64,000 bases of DNA from a bacterium (GCA_006226965.1 SBGQ01000018.1:605-64604); one strand, 5' to 3'. Positions 19,991 to 29,569 are shown, numbered from the stretch's first letter. Numbers and translations are program-made. The notes: generated by a model not told the origin, from the letters alone.

Positions 19991-21898
19991 TTACAATTTA
20001 ATTTTTGATTTAATCAGGTCTTTGGCTTTGCCTGTAGTCTGTTTAATCAATTCGTCTTTTTTGGCTTCGAGTTCTTTTTTCTTCGCATCAAAAGCAGCTA
20101 ATTGCTCATTTACTTTGGATTCAATGGCTTTCTTTTGAGCTTCCAACTTTTGTTTCTGTTCGTCAACTAGTTTGTTGAGTTCCTGTTTTTTAGCGTTTAC
20201 TTCCGCGTCAACTTTAGCCTGAATTTGTTTTTTTACTTTGTTCACTTCTTCGTTGGCAACGGCTTTAATTTGTCTGGAAACCTGATCGTCAATGTCTGAG
20301 TCAATGGCGATTTTTAAACCTTTTGCATTCGAAGCGACTTTTGCTGTCACATCAAAAGAATTAATCTTATCCATGATATTTCGGAATGTTTTTTCTGATT
20401 TTCCGGATGCCGCTTTATCAAATTTGAAATCAACTTCAGTGTTTTTCATCGAAATTAAAGCAGTTGGAGCGCCACTTAAAACGGTTAAATCAGCGGTAAT
20501 TGCAGCATTACCTTTAGTAAATCCATTAGGAAGAGAACCGCCTCCGCCCAAAGCAACCGTTCTTAGACTCATTTTTGGCATGGTGAAAACGAATTGCTCT
20601 TTTGTTTTTTCACCCAAATAGTTGAACTCTCCGGTAAGATTTAAAGATTCACCTGAATTGTTCGTTCCTGAAAAAGCTAGGGTTGTAGGACGTTTAATCA
20701 GTTTTTGATTGTCGATAATGTCTTTGATTTCACCTTTAAGCTGAATCGCGTTCGGAGTTGTAAGGTTTACATCAACCTGTTTAATCCAAAAGTTAGGATT
20801 GGCTTCTCGCAACGGAAAACGTATATCCTGACCTTTTAAACGCTGAGGTTCTTCAACTTTTTCTTGTTCTTCTGATTTGAAGTAAGCTAGGTATTCGCGT
20901 CCGGTTTCAGCATAACCCAAATATTCGTTTATGGATTGCATCAACTCTTTACCAAGAAGCAATTCACCGATTTTTTGTGAATCAAAATCCGGGAGTTTTG
21001 CTGCTTCACGAGCTTTTTTGTAATCATCCTGAATCCAATCATCCACTTTTCCTGTGCCGGAGGTTACCAATTTTGTTCCGTTTGATAATTCCGTTTTTGC
21101 CGTTTCCATGCGAGTTTTTAGCTCTTTGGTATCTTTAGCCATCGTTTCAAGCGATTTGATGGCGTTTTCAGCCGCCTTAACATCCTTAATCTCTTTAATG
21201 TTGATAGCTTTTAATTTGGTATCCAAATCAGAAACAGTTTGGTTGATTTTTAAATCATCAACGGATTTGGTGATACCATCAACTTGGGCAGAAATCGCTT
21301 GTTTTAACGAATCGATTTTATGGGGTGATTCAAGTTTTAACATCGCCATCAAACTATCTGTATTAACAGAAGTGTTTGCTAACTGGAATAAGGGTTGATT
21401 TTTGATTTCGTTGCTAAGTGCCGCTTTTGCTGCTTTTGTGCGCTCTTTGGCTTCTTTCGAAAGTTCTGATTCAGTGCTGTCAACAGGTTCAACGGCAGGG
21501 ATCCACTCTTTTGGTAACTCACCGGATTTGCTTCGAGCAGTGCCCGTTAAAATATCTGAAATTTGGACTTTATCGATGATTACTTTCTTTTGAAGCAACT
21601 TCCAGGCTTGGATGGAAACACCTGTTTTCCCGGTTTCAAATTTGTTTTTCATCAAATCTTCTGAATCTGCAACCTGTAGTTTTTGCCAACCCATCGTTCC
21701 GCCAAAAAATGAAATAGTAAACCCGTCGAATTCAACCATTGCACCATTTTGCACACTAAGAGTTTGCTCTAATTGCGATTCAATAAAATCGTCGGTAAGA
21801 AAATAGATTCCGGCAGCGGTTAGTAAACCCAGAATCAAGAATAAAATTAGTCCGCCTTTTCTGAATAGTTTCATTGTATTATCCTCCGAATTTTTCAT
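19991..21898 (-). CDS. Uncharacterized envelope protein, TIGR03545-like (N-terminal TM anchor, C-terminal Lys/Glu-rich coiled coil)
   Basis: 635 aa. It has a single N-terminal TM segment (LILFLILGLLTAAGIYFL), a beta-rich middle and a coiled-coil tail of about 90 aa. It is paired with, and overlaps by 20 nt, a DUF2062-like gene, as described for the TIGR03545/TIGR03546 pair. This assignment is from memory, not a search. Confidence 0.45.
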   Translation of the reverse strand: MKNSEDNTMKLFRKGGLILFLILGLLTAAGIYFLTDDFIESQLEQTLSVQNGAMVEFDGFTISFFGGTMGWQKLQVADSEDLMKNKFETGKTGVSIQAWKLLQKKVIIDKVQISDILTGTARSKSGELPKEWIPAVEPVDSTESELSKEAKERTKAAKAALSNEIKNQPLFQLANTSVNTDSLMAMLKLESPHKIDSLKQAISAQVDGITKSVDDLKINQTVSDLDTKLKAINIKEIKDVKAAENAIKSLETMAKDTKELKTRMETAKTELSNGTKLVTSGTGKVDDWIQDDYKKAREAAKLPDFDSQKIGELLLGKELMQSINEYLGYAETGREYLAYFKSEEQEKVEEPQRLKGQDIRFPLREANPNFWIKQVDVNLTTPNAIQLKGEIKDIIDNQKLIKRPTTLAFSGTNNSGESLNLTGEFNYLGEKTKEQFVFTMPKMSLRTVALGGGGSLPNGFTKGNAAITADLTVLSGAPTALISMKNTEVDFKFDKAASGKSEKTFRNIMDKINSFDVTAKVASNAKGLKIAIDSDIDDQVSRQIKAVANEEVNKVKKQIQAKVDAEVNAKKQELNKLVDEQKQKLEAQKKAIESKVNEQLAAFDAKKKELEAKKDELIKQTTGKAKDLIKSKIKL

Positions 21899-22391
21899 AT
21901 AACATGAATAGTTTGGAGCCTTTCATCAGTTTGCTCACTTTGGAATTTTGGAACCATTTTAAAGCATGAGTTCTGTACTTTTTCACCAGAAAAAGGAAAA
22001 TAGGAAACATAATAGGCGCAGCTAAAACAGAAGCTACAAAACTTCCCATCAAAACCGTGTTATTGAAATTTGTTAAAACCATTGCAGAATTATACCAATC
22101 GGTATAAATGGCTCGCATGCTTTCAAGATTAAGCAAATAAAACCCGAAATCGTGAAAAACGCCGTCGAGTGCAAAGCCGGCCATTGCAAAAATACCCATG
22201 CCAAGTATTGCCATCGAAAAGTTGACATTAAACAGAATGAGAACAATAATGAGTATTACATGGTGAAAACTAAACCATGGGGTGAGCCCCATAATCATTC
22301 CGATTGTTAAACCGCCAGCCAATTGAGCCGGACTGTGTTTTTCGGAATTCAGCAGTTTTATGAGTTTAAAGATGATATCGATTCCAAACAT
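21879..22391 (-). CDS. Small polytopic membrane protein, DUF2062/TIGR03546-like
   Basis: 170 aa. SPAQLAGGLTIGMIMGLTPWFSFHHVILIIVLILFNVN resembles the DUF2062 core. It has four predicted TM segments. Confidence 0.5.
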   Translation of the reverse strand: MFGIDIIFKLIKLLNSEKHSPAQLAGGLTIGMIMGLTPWFSFHHVILIIVLILFNVNFSMAILGMGIFAMAGFALDGVFHDFGFYLLNLESMRAIYTDWYNSAMVLTNFNNTVLMGSFVASVLAAPIMFPIFLFLVKKYRTHALKWFQNSKVSKLMKGSKLFMLYEKFGG

Positions 22392-22764
22392 AGGTCTCCT
22401 TTATGTTGATTCAGCAAAATACAAAAGCCGCTAAAATCTTTTTTGAAAAAAGGCGAAGGAAGATGTTAAGGTTTCAGGTTTTGGGAGTATTCAGTTTAAG
22501 TATTCAGCATTCAGGTTTTAGGTTTCGACATCAAAAATTTGTTATCAACTATCAACAAATTCTAAACTCCTATCCGAAGCGCAACGCAGAAGCGTGAAAC
22601 GATACGATAGTACTTCGAAGCAAAATCCAAGTTAACATTTATCAAACCCTCTTCAGTTCACGTTTCGTGAAGTTCTCGGGTTTTCAGGCGTAAGAGGGAT
22701 TTTTCGTTTCGAGATCTAACATCAACAATCAAAAATCAGCCATCATCCATCAAAAATTTCTACA

Positions 22765-22841
22765 ATCCGACATCCGACATCCGACATCCGACATCCGACA
22801 TCCGACATCCGACATCCGACATCTTACATCCGACATCCGAC
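22765..22841. repeat. Heptanucleotide microsatellite (ATCCGAC)x11, with one variant unit
   Basis: Eleven head-to-tail 7-bp units, counted directly. The ninth unit (22821-22827) reads ATCTTAC. Confidence 0.97.
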
Positions 22842-22879
22842 AAAAAAAAGGGGTGCGTCCTACTACAGATCACAACCCC
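22842..22879 (-). terminator. Possible terminator of the 1796-aa gene
   Basis: On the minus strand, GGGGT...ACCCC forms a 5-bp stem with a large loop, followed by eight T (22849-22842). The stem is weak. Confidence 0.4.
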
Positions 22880-22904
22880 GCTATCTTGATTACCCCGTTT
22901 AAGG

Positions 22905-25900
22905 TTATTTCAGTAAAGTCATTTTCTTCACATCAACTACTTGGTTATCTATGGTGAGTCGATACAGATAAACACCACTCGCAAGTTGCATGCCATTAAA
23001 ATTAGTTGTGTGATATCCTGCGTCAAATGCACTATTTACAAGGGTTGAAATTTTTCTGCCAAGTATATCGAACACTTCGAGGCGAACATGAGCCGGTTTG
23101 GTGACGGCAAAACGCAACACGGTTGTTGGGTTAAACGGATTCGGGAAGTTATCAAATAAGAAAGGTTGTTCCGGAAGAACGTGTTTTTCAACCAATTCTC
23201 TGGTTCCGATATAGGCTTTAAATACTCTTTCTTTAGAAGCATCCAACCATTTTAATGAATCGCCCGGCTCTAATACTTTGTACATATCGTTACTAACTAA
23301 AGCAAGAACATGGGTGTCATTAAACATATTTCCGCTCCAGCTGATTTTGCGATGGCCTTTTGGAATCACAATTTCTCTGTAAGAATTAACAAAGTCTTCA
23401 TCTGTAAAAGCAAGCGGCTGTGCATCTGTTGTAAGTGCCACACCATCGCCTTTAATGTAAGCCGGCAGCGTTTTGATATCAGGCGCTGATGGTAAAAGCG
23501 GTTCATCAAATTCATCAAACTCAGAAATCGCTGAACTTCTGTTCACTAAACGTAGCCATTCATTATCAATAATAATGTCTGATAATAGTTGAAACTCATC
23601 TGGAAGTGCTTGTTTTAATGGAACATCTGAATTCATTGAAGTTGGCGTAACCGTGTCGAGACTCAAGGTTACAGTTGCGTTACTACTCGAATAAACTAAA
23701 TAACCACCCCAAGGTTTGAGCTTTTCAGTAGTTTGAACCGTTGTCCAGTTTTGTGAAACAGCAGAGAACTTCCACATTTTAACTGTACTTAAATTCGCAG
23801 ACCAACTCACTTCTGTTTCGTAAGGGTTTGCAATGAATCTATAGTTATTAAAATTGATAGAGAAGGTTCGATTTGTCATTCGACTACCTGCACCTGTTTG
23901 CAGTTCAAATTTTTGATCTAAACCAAGAGTTTTGAACCACAACGATTTACCTGTTCCGAATACCGGTCCAGCTTCCTCAGAAACATCATAATATTCACCG
24001 CTAGTATTCATATCGAATAACCTGTAATCTTTTCCCGGGATGATATCAGCAAATAAATCTGCCGGTGCGGTATTAATACCTGTTCCGGGAATGGATAACA
24101 ACGTCCAGTTTTTTACAATAATTCCATCTGAATAAGCAGATACTGCGGAATTTGAACTTTGTGTAGAAAACGCTTGGGTTTTTACTGTTACGTTTATGGT
24201 AAGTACGGAAGATTCTGTTGTCGCATCTTGAGCTTTAACGGTTACAGAAGTTTCGCCTTCACTAAATGCTGTAATTGTAAGCGAGTTATTTACGGAGTTA
24301 GCGGCAATGTTTGCTACAGAAGGGTTATTGGATGAGGTTTGGTAAGTCATAGATTCACCATTATCATCTGTAAATAAACTATTCAGCGTATAAATAGCAG
24401 AATTTCCGCCTAAAACAAGAACCACATCAGCAATATTTCCGGTTATTCTCGGGCGTGCATTCACATAAATGTTAAACGCCGAAGAATTTGTTTTTCCGCC
24501 CGGATCTTGAGCGGTTACCGTAAGTGTAGTTGAACCGGCAGCCGTTCCTGTAATCAAAATTTTGTTATTTCCAGAGTTATAAGAACCTCCGGCAATTGAC
24601 GGATTATCAGCAGTGATGGAATAGGTGAGCACATCGCCGTCAGGGTCGCTGAAGTAAACGCTTGGGTCAAGCTGAATGGCAGCATCACCGAGATTAATCG
24701 ATTGATTCGGTATTACAGATAGAACACTTGGTGCACGATTTTCACGAGGTCCTACAGTAACTACAAACTCGTTTTCTGCTTCGGCTTTGCCGTCGGATGC
24801 GGTTACTTTTACAGTAATACTTCCCAATGCAATTGGTTTAATTATTAAAGTTGAACCGTTGGCAATAGAGATTTCTGCAACAGATGGGTTCGGATTGTTA
24901 GTTGAATAACTCAACACATCACCGGCATCAGGGTCATCAAAAACAGTAGTAAGATTGATGGTTGTTGAATCGTCAGCCACACGAGTTTCAACAGTTGCTA
25001 TTGGTGATGCAACTCGAGGAGTGTAATTATCCGGTGCGTTTACATAAACGATGAAGTTTGTACTCACTACACCGCCACGGTCGTCATCTGCAGTTACGGT
25101 GATGGTTGTGTTGCCGATGGCATTGGGAGTGATACTAAATAATTTATTTACCGCATCTGATACACTAGCAACAGATGGTTTACTTGATAAGACCGTGTAA
25201 GACAAGTCGTTACCATCAGCATCAGAAAAAGTTGAAGTTAAATCGATGTTTTGAGGTGAATCCGTTAATCTTAAATCTAAGTCATCTAAAACATTGGCAA
25301 CCACAGGAGCTGAGTTTGTAGAAACACTGATGTTTTTCAGAATTTGGATTTTTGGCTGACTGGAAGGGTAAATCATATAAACCACATCCAAATCACCGTC
25401 TTTATCAACATCAATCAACTTGGGGAATGATTTTGTTGTTGAGTTATTTGATAAATCGGATTTTTTTGAGAATAGATTATCTGTGTAAGTGTAGTAATTT
25501 AAGTATGTGCTGGTACTTGATACTACATCTAATCTTCCGTTATTATCAAGGTCACCAACATCTAAACCTCCAACTTCAGAACCGCTCGGTACACTAAATG
25601 TGATACCGTTAGAAAGATACCCCGGGTCTGCAGTTATATCATTGAAAAAGTAACCAACTGTATTAAAGCTATAACCAATTACATCAATTTTATTATTGCG
25701 AGTAAAATCATCAAAAATGAATGTATGATAATATCCTGGTCTGTAAAACGTGTTCTCATGTTGGAAGAAATCAGAAATCGAATTATTGGTACCAACATAT
25801 AATTTGCCGTTATTATTTGTAGAGCTGGCTACTACCATATCTAGTAATCCATCTCCTGTTACATCTACAGGGGTTACATCATAAGCCTGCTGTGTGGAAG

Positions 25901-28295
25901 TAACCGCATTTGAAATATTAAACGTACCTGCGTTGTTTTTAATAATCATGATAGTTGATGTAGTTGTATAACTTGGTACTACAATTTCAGGGTAACCATC
26001 GTAATCAAAGTCGGCAAATTTAACATTGTCAACAAATGCGTAAACCGTTGTTTCTAATACATCTTCCAAGCTAAAGGTACCTGCTCCGTTATTCTTGTAT
26101 AGATAGATTTGAGCGGTTTTGTTTGGGCTGGTATCATAAATATTGGTTGCATACACATGGAAAATTCCAATATCTGTGCTTCCGTCTTTATTGTAATCAC
26201 CAAGAAATAAACTAATTCTATGAAATGCTCCTGATGAGGAATTGGTTATTCCTCGAAAACGAACCATATCTGGATAATTTCCATTGCCATCATTGAAATA
26301 CACAAAAACGGAATCGACGGTGTTTCCGTAGTTCATTAAAGCAACTAAGTCAATATCATTATCTCCGTCTAAATCGCCTGCTTGAAAAGACTTCCCATAA
26401 TAAGTTGTGTTTGCTGTGTTTAGAGTGAGTTCAGCGGCCGTTTCAAAAGTGGTTCCACCGTTTGAAACCTGTACTCGATAATGTGTTGAGTACGGAAGAA
26501 CGGTAACTCCCTCTTGAGAAATGTAAGTCGAGTTAATACTTAGAGTCACTTTTTCATTGGCTAAAAGTGATTTTATCGGTTTTATAACCAATACACTGTC
26601 GTTCGATTGAGCAGTTATTTGAAGAGAAAGATTACCTCTCAAATTCGAAACCAGACTCACATTGGTAGAATTAAATGAGTTGTTTACAAACTTTCCGCTA
26701 AAGGAGACAGTGATTTGATCCGTTGCACGCATTTTATTTTCGTAGGGACTCGGGCTGGTTCCTATAACATGTAAGGGCGTTACAACATCAATATCGGTCA
26801 AATTTAATTGTGGAAGATTCGCAGAAATTGATTGCAAGCCTGTTGAGCCGTATGGTGTAATTGCTGCCCCAAGTTTTGTTGTTGAACTCGGTATTAATTT
26901 AGCCTCATAATTCCCGGCTTCTAAAGCTTGAAACGTAAATAAGCCATAATCTTCTGTGGTATCATTTTTTACCCAAACATCATCTTTATACAAACTAATA
27001 ATTCTGTTGGGTTCAAAATTTCCATCTTTCCATACTTGCCCTTGAAAATCTCGTTGATTAGCTATTGTTATGGGCGCAGGAGTCGGCACACCCCACTGCT
27101 CGGTAGCGTCTTTTGTTCGAACATAAATCGCGTGGGAGCCGATTGATTGAGTGAGTGTAACCAATGCTCTTGCATCAACCGTAGTTGAATCATAAAATCC
27201 GGTTAAGGTAACAGGCTGTAAATCCATTCCTTGTCCATCAGATGGGTGTTTTGCCCCGGAAAAGAAATATTCCACATCGGTTATATTTTGTGATTCTGTT
27301 AGAGCTTTAGGAATAAATACTAAACGTGATGTATAATTTCCCCAAGTTCCGCTTTCATCCTTCAAACGAAAGTAGAATCGATTAAATCCCGTTTGAAAAC
27401 CATCAAGTGAAATATCTAATTGTTCTGTTAATGTTGCCGAAGGTTCAACATCTATTACATTTCCTGCACCAAAAGCCGGTCTGTTTCCAGAGAAGTATTC
27501 AAGTTGGTTGATTTTTGAAAGTACACGTTCTTCCGGTTGATAGACTGAAAACCCTCTTGGAATTCCCCATGTATTATCAGAATCTTTAAATCTGAAAAAC
27601 AGGCGATGGAATCCCGCTTCACTTGGAGCATCAACTTGCGTATCTGTAATTGTTGCTAATCCGGTTTCCATGGAACCCGCCGCTTCTACCGCTATTCCGG
27701 TTCCCGGTTGACCCAAATCATCATAAAAATATTCTGCACCTGAAATCGGGGAGATGGTTTTTGTATCTGGTACATAAAACAATCTGGATGCATAATTTCC
27801 CCAAGTACCAAAGTTATCCTGAACCCGCACATAAGCTTTATGAAAACCTGGAGTTAAATTAGTGCTTTCTAAATCTATTTCTTTTTCAATTGAAACTACT
27901 TCGCCAGGATTTACACTTGCTGATATACCTGCACCGAATTCCACATTTCCGTTAAAAAAGATTTCGGCATTTGAAACCGTTTTTTCCGGAATCTCCGCCG
28001 GTTTATAGAACACTCTGCGTAATGGAATGCCCCACAATCCATCGGCATCTTTAAATCGAATATATAAAGCATGAAAACCAACACTTAACTGATCAACATC
28101 AATTTCAACATTATCTATAAATGCTTTTTCAATGGATGTATTTACCACAACGGATATACCGTTGCCGGAACCCGGGTCGGTATCAAAAAAATACTCCGCT
28201 GCGGTTATGCTAACAGGCGGGGCAAGTTCCTGTGCTGTAAGCCTTGCTGTTAGTAGCAAGAAGCAAGCCGTTAGAATTATCTTGAAATTTTTCAT
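22905..28295 (-). CDS. Giant secreted surface protein: 5 novel N-terminal repeats, a CarboxypepD_reg-like domain, 7 FG-GAP/VCBS-like repeats, 4 cadherin-like Ig modules and a T9SS C-terminal sorting domain
   Basis: 1796 aa with signal peptide MKNFKIILTACFLLLTARLTAQ. The seven D-x-D/N-x-D-G-x-x-D loops include GDLDGDNDIDLV and IDVDKDGDLDVV. Four repeats of about 100 aa carry F(S/T/D)D(A/P/D)DG.(D/V/S)L(S/T)Y. The tail is FPNPFNPTTVLRF...GVYLYRL...KMTLLK. Confidence 0.85.
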   Translation of the reverse strand: MKNFKIILTACFLLLTARLTAQELAPPVSITAAEYFFDTDPGSGNGISVVVNTSIEKAFIDNVEIDVDQLSVGFHALYIRFKDADGLWGIPLRRVFYKPAEIPEKTVSNAEIFFNGNVEFGAGISASVNPGEVVSIEKEIDLESTNLTPGFHKAYVRVQDNFGTWGNYASRLFYVPDTKTISPISGAEYFYDDLGQPGTGIAVEAAGSMETGLATITDTQVDAPSEAGFHRLFFRFKDSDNTWGIPRGFSVYQPEERVLSKINQLEYFSGNRPAFGAGNVIDVEPSATLTEQLDISLDGFQTGFNRFYFRLKDESGTWGNYTSRLVFIPKALTESQNITDVEYFFSGAKHPSDGQGMDLQPVTLTGFYDSTTVDARALVTLTQSIGSHAIYVRTKDATEQWGVPTPAPITIANQRDFQGQVWKDGNFEPNRIISLYKDDVWVKNDTTEDYGLFTFQALEAGNYEAKLIPSSTTKLGAAITPYGSTGLQSISANLPQLNLTDIDVVTPLHVIGTSPSPYENKMRATDQITVSFSGKFVNNSFNSTNVSLVSNLRGNLSLQITAQSNDSVLVIKPIKSLLANEKVTLSINSTYISQEGVTVLPYSTHYRVQVSNGGTTFETAAELTLNTANTTYYGKSFQAGDLDGDNDIDLVALMNYGNTVDSVFVYFNDGNGNYPDMVRFRGITNSSSGAFHRISLFLGDYNKDGSTDIGIFHVYATNIYDTSPNKTAQIYLYKNNGAGTFSLEDVLETTVYAFVDNVKFADFDYDGYPEIVVPSYTTTSTIMIIKNNAGTFNISNAVTSTQQAYDVTPVDVTGDGLLDMVVASSTNNNGKLYVGTNNSISDFFQHENTFYRPGYYHTFIFDDFTRNNKIDVIGYSFNTVGYFFNDITADPGYLSNGITFSVPSGSEVGGLDVGDLDNNGRLDVVSSTSTYLNYYTYTDNLFSKKSDLSNNSTTKSFPKLIDVDKDGDLDVVYMIYPSSQPKIQILKNISVSTNSAPVVANVLDDLDLRLTDSPQNIDLTSTFSDADGNDLSYTVLSSKPSVASVSDAVNKLFSITPNAIGNTTITVTADDDRGGVVSTNFIVYVNAPDNYTPRVASPIATVETRVADDSTTINLTTVFDDPDAGDVLSYSTNNPNPSVAEISIANGSTLIIKPIALGSITVKVTASDGKAEAENEFVVTVGPRENRAPSVLSVIPNQSINLGDAAIQLDPSVYFSDPDGDVLTYSITADNPSIAGGSYNSGNNKILITGTAAGSTTLTVTAQDPGGKTNSSAFNIYVNARPRITGNIADVVLVLGGNSAIYTLNSLFTDDNGESMTYQTSSNNPSVANIAANSVNNSLTITAFSEGETSVTVKAQDATTESSVLTINVTVKTQAFSTQSSNSAVSAYSDGIIVKNWTLLSIPGTGINTAPADLFADIIPGKDYRLFDMNTSGEYYDVSEEAGPVFGTGKSLWFKTLGLDQKFELQTGAGSRMTNRTFSINFNNYRFIANPYETEVSWSANLSTVKMWKFSAVSQNWTTVQTTEKLKPWGGYLVYSSSNATVTLSLDTVTPTSMNSDVPLKQALPDEFQLLSDIIIDNEWLRLVNRSSAISEFDEFDEPLLPSAPDIKTLPAYIKGDGVALTTDAQPLAFTDEDFVNSYREIVIPKGHRKISWSGNMFNDTHVLALVSNDMYKVLEPGDSLKWLDASKERVFKAYIGTRELVEKHVLPEQPFLFDNFPNPFNPTTVLRFAVTKPAHVRLEVFDILGRKISTLVNSAFDAGYHTTNFNGMQLASGVYLYRLTIDNQVVDVKKMTLLK

Positions 28296-28375
28296 GTTAA
28301 AATCTGCTTTACGCTTTTAAAATGCTGTATTTTATCTGATTGAAACTCACACAAAACAATCAGATAGTTTAAGAA

Positions 28376-29569
28376 TTAGTTCTTTTTAGATTGACCGGTA
28401 ACATTTAAAATTACTTTTCCGCCGGTTACAGCAGTTGGTAAGCTTAAACGCAAATTGGTAACACTCGGAACAACTGAAATACCAACTGCTCTGGATGGAA
28501 GTACGGTAGGCATCGGGTCTAAACCTCCGAAAATACCTCTGTCAGCTGTTGTACCGTCGATATCTAAACCGGAACCGGAATCTTTAGCACCGGAAGCATC
28601 ATTTAGTGCAAAATTAAAATTGGCGACATCTACGAATTGAGGATTCAAATAATTGTTATTGTTTGCATCATTTGCCCCACCGCCGTCAAGGGTTACTAGA
28701 TTTGTAGGATACGTTAAATATCCAATACCTTGCTCATGGAAGAATGTATTGTTTTGATAGCTTTGTGCGCCTGAAATGGCAGTTGAGTTATATGGATAGT
28801 CATACACATAGGCAAAGATATTATTAGTAAGTGTAACGGCGCCGCCAAAATATGTCGGACGATTATAACCGGTAACCAATCTGAAAATGTTGTTATTAAA
28901 CAATCCAACGGAAGTGTCATCGAGAGTAAGGTAATTCACGTTAGATACTCGAGTATTCACATTTGATAATAAAAATGAATTGGAAACTATAAAGTTTGTA
29001 GTTGTACTAATATCTAAAACAGCTGTGTTGGATAGCTCTTTTAAATACAAATGAAATAGTTTAATACCTGTACATCCGCCAACAGCCATATTTCCTGCTT
29101 CAACATATTCCACTTCGGCACCAACCGAGTTACGTACTCGCAAATGATAATTTGTTGTCGAAATTACTTCCGTAGTTTTTACAGCTTTAATTTTTACACT
29201 GTCAACAAAGTTGATATCAATGGATTTACACTCAAATCCGCCGAGTACAAAACCGTCTAAATTGGTATTGTTTACACTACCGCCATTTAAAGAAATGGCG
29301 CCAAGTTTGGTAACTAAACCTGTTGCACCGTTAGCACCACCACCGGCAATGGTTAATTTTTTTCCGGTTGATGTCATGGATAAATCGCCATAACTCGTTG
29401 CTGATGGAACAACTAAGATAATATCACCTGAAGTAGCTGCTGAAATAGCTGAACTTAATGTGGTGAAATCACCAATCCCGTTTGGATTGTTATCAACGAT
29501 ATGAGTGGTTTGCGCTTGAGCTAAACCGGTAACTAAGCAAAGGCTTAATAAGATGCTTTTTGTTTTCAT
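28376..29569 (-). CDS. Secreted right-handed beta-helix-like protein (pectate-lyase fold suspected)
   Basis: 397 aa with signal peptide MKTKSILLSLCLVTGLAQAQ. The N-terminus (THIVDNNPNGIGDFTTLSSAISAATSGDIILV) is typical of beta-helix proteins. Short N/G/T-rich repeats are spread throughout. Confidence 0.45.
   Translation of the reverse strand: MKTKSILLSLCLVTGLAQAQTTHIVDNNPNGIGDFTTLSSAISAATSGDIILVVPSATSYGDLSMTSTGKKLTIAGGGANGATGLVTKLGAISLNGGSVNNTNLDGFVLGGFECKSIDINFVDSVKIKAVKTTEVISTTNYHLRVRNSVGAEVEYVEAGNMAVGGCTGIKLFHLYLKELSNTAVLDISTTTNFIVSNSFLLSNVNTRVSNVNYLTLDDTSVGLFNNNIFRLVTGYNRPTYFGGAVTLTNNIFAYVYDYPYNSTAISGAQSYQNNTFFHEQGIGYLTYPTNLVTLDGGGANDANNNNYLNPQFVDVANFNFALNDASGAKDSGSGLDIDGTTADRGIFGGLDPMPTVLPSRAVGISVVPSVTNLRLSLPTAVTGGKVILNVTGQSKKN

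Noticed and set aside
22403-22597. 64-aa ORF in the long spacer upstream of the DUF2062-like gene.
   Set aside because: The composition is basic and repetitive, and there is no recognisable motif or translation signal. The region is better explained as regulatory or non-coding. I cannot exclude a small protein without conservation data.
22765-22841. Whether the tandem repeat could be a CRISPR array.
   Set aside because: The units are 7 bp and directly adjacent, with no spacers. No cas genes are in the window. It is a microsatellite, not a CRISPR array.
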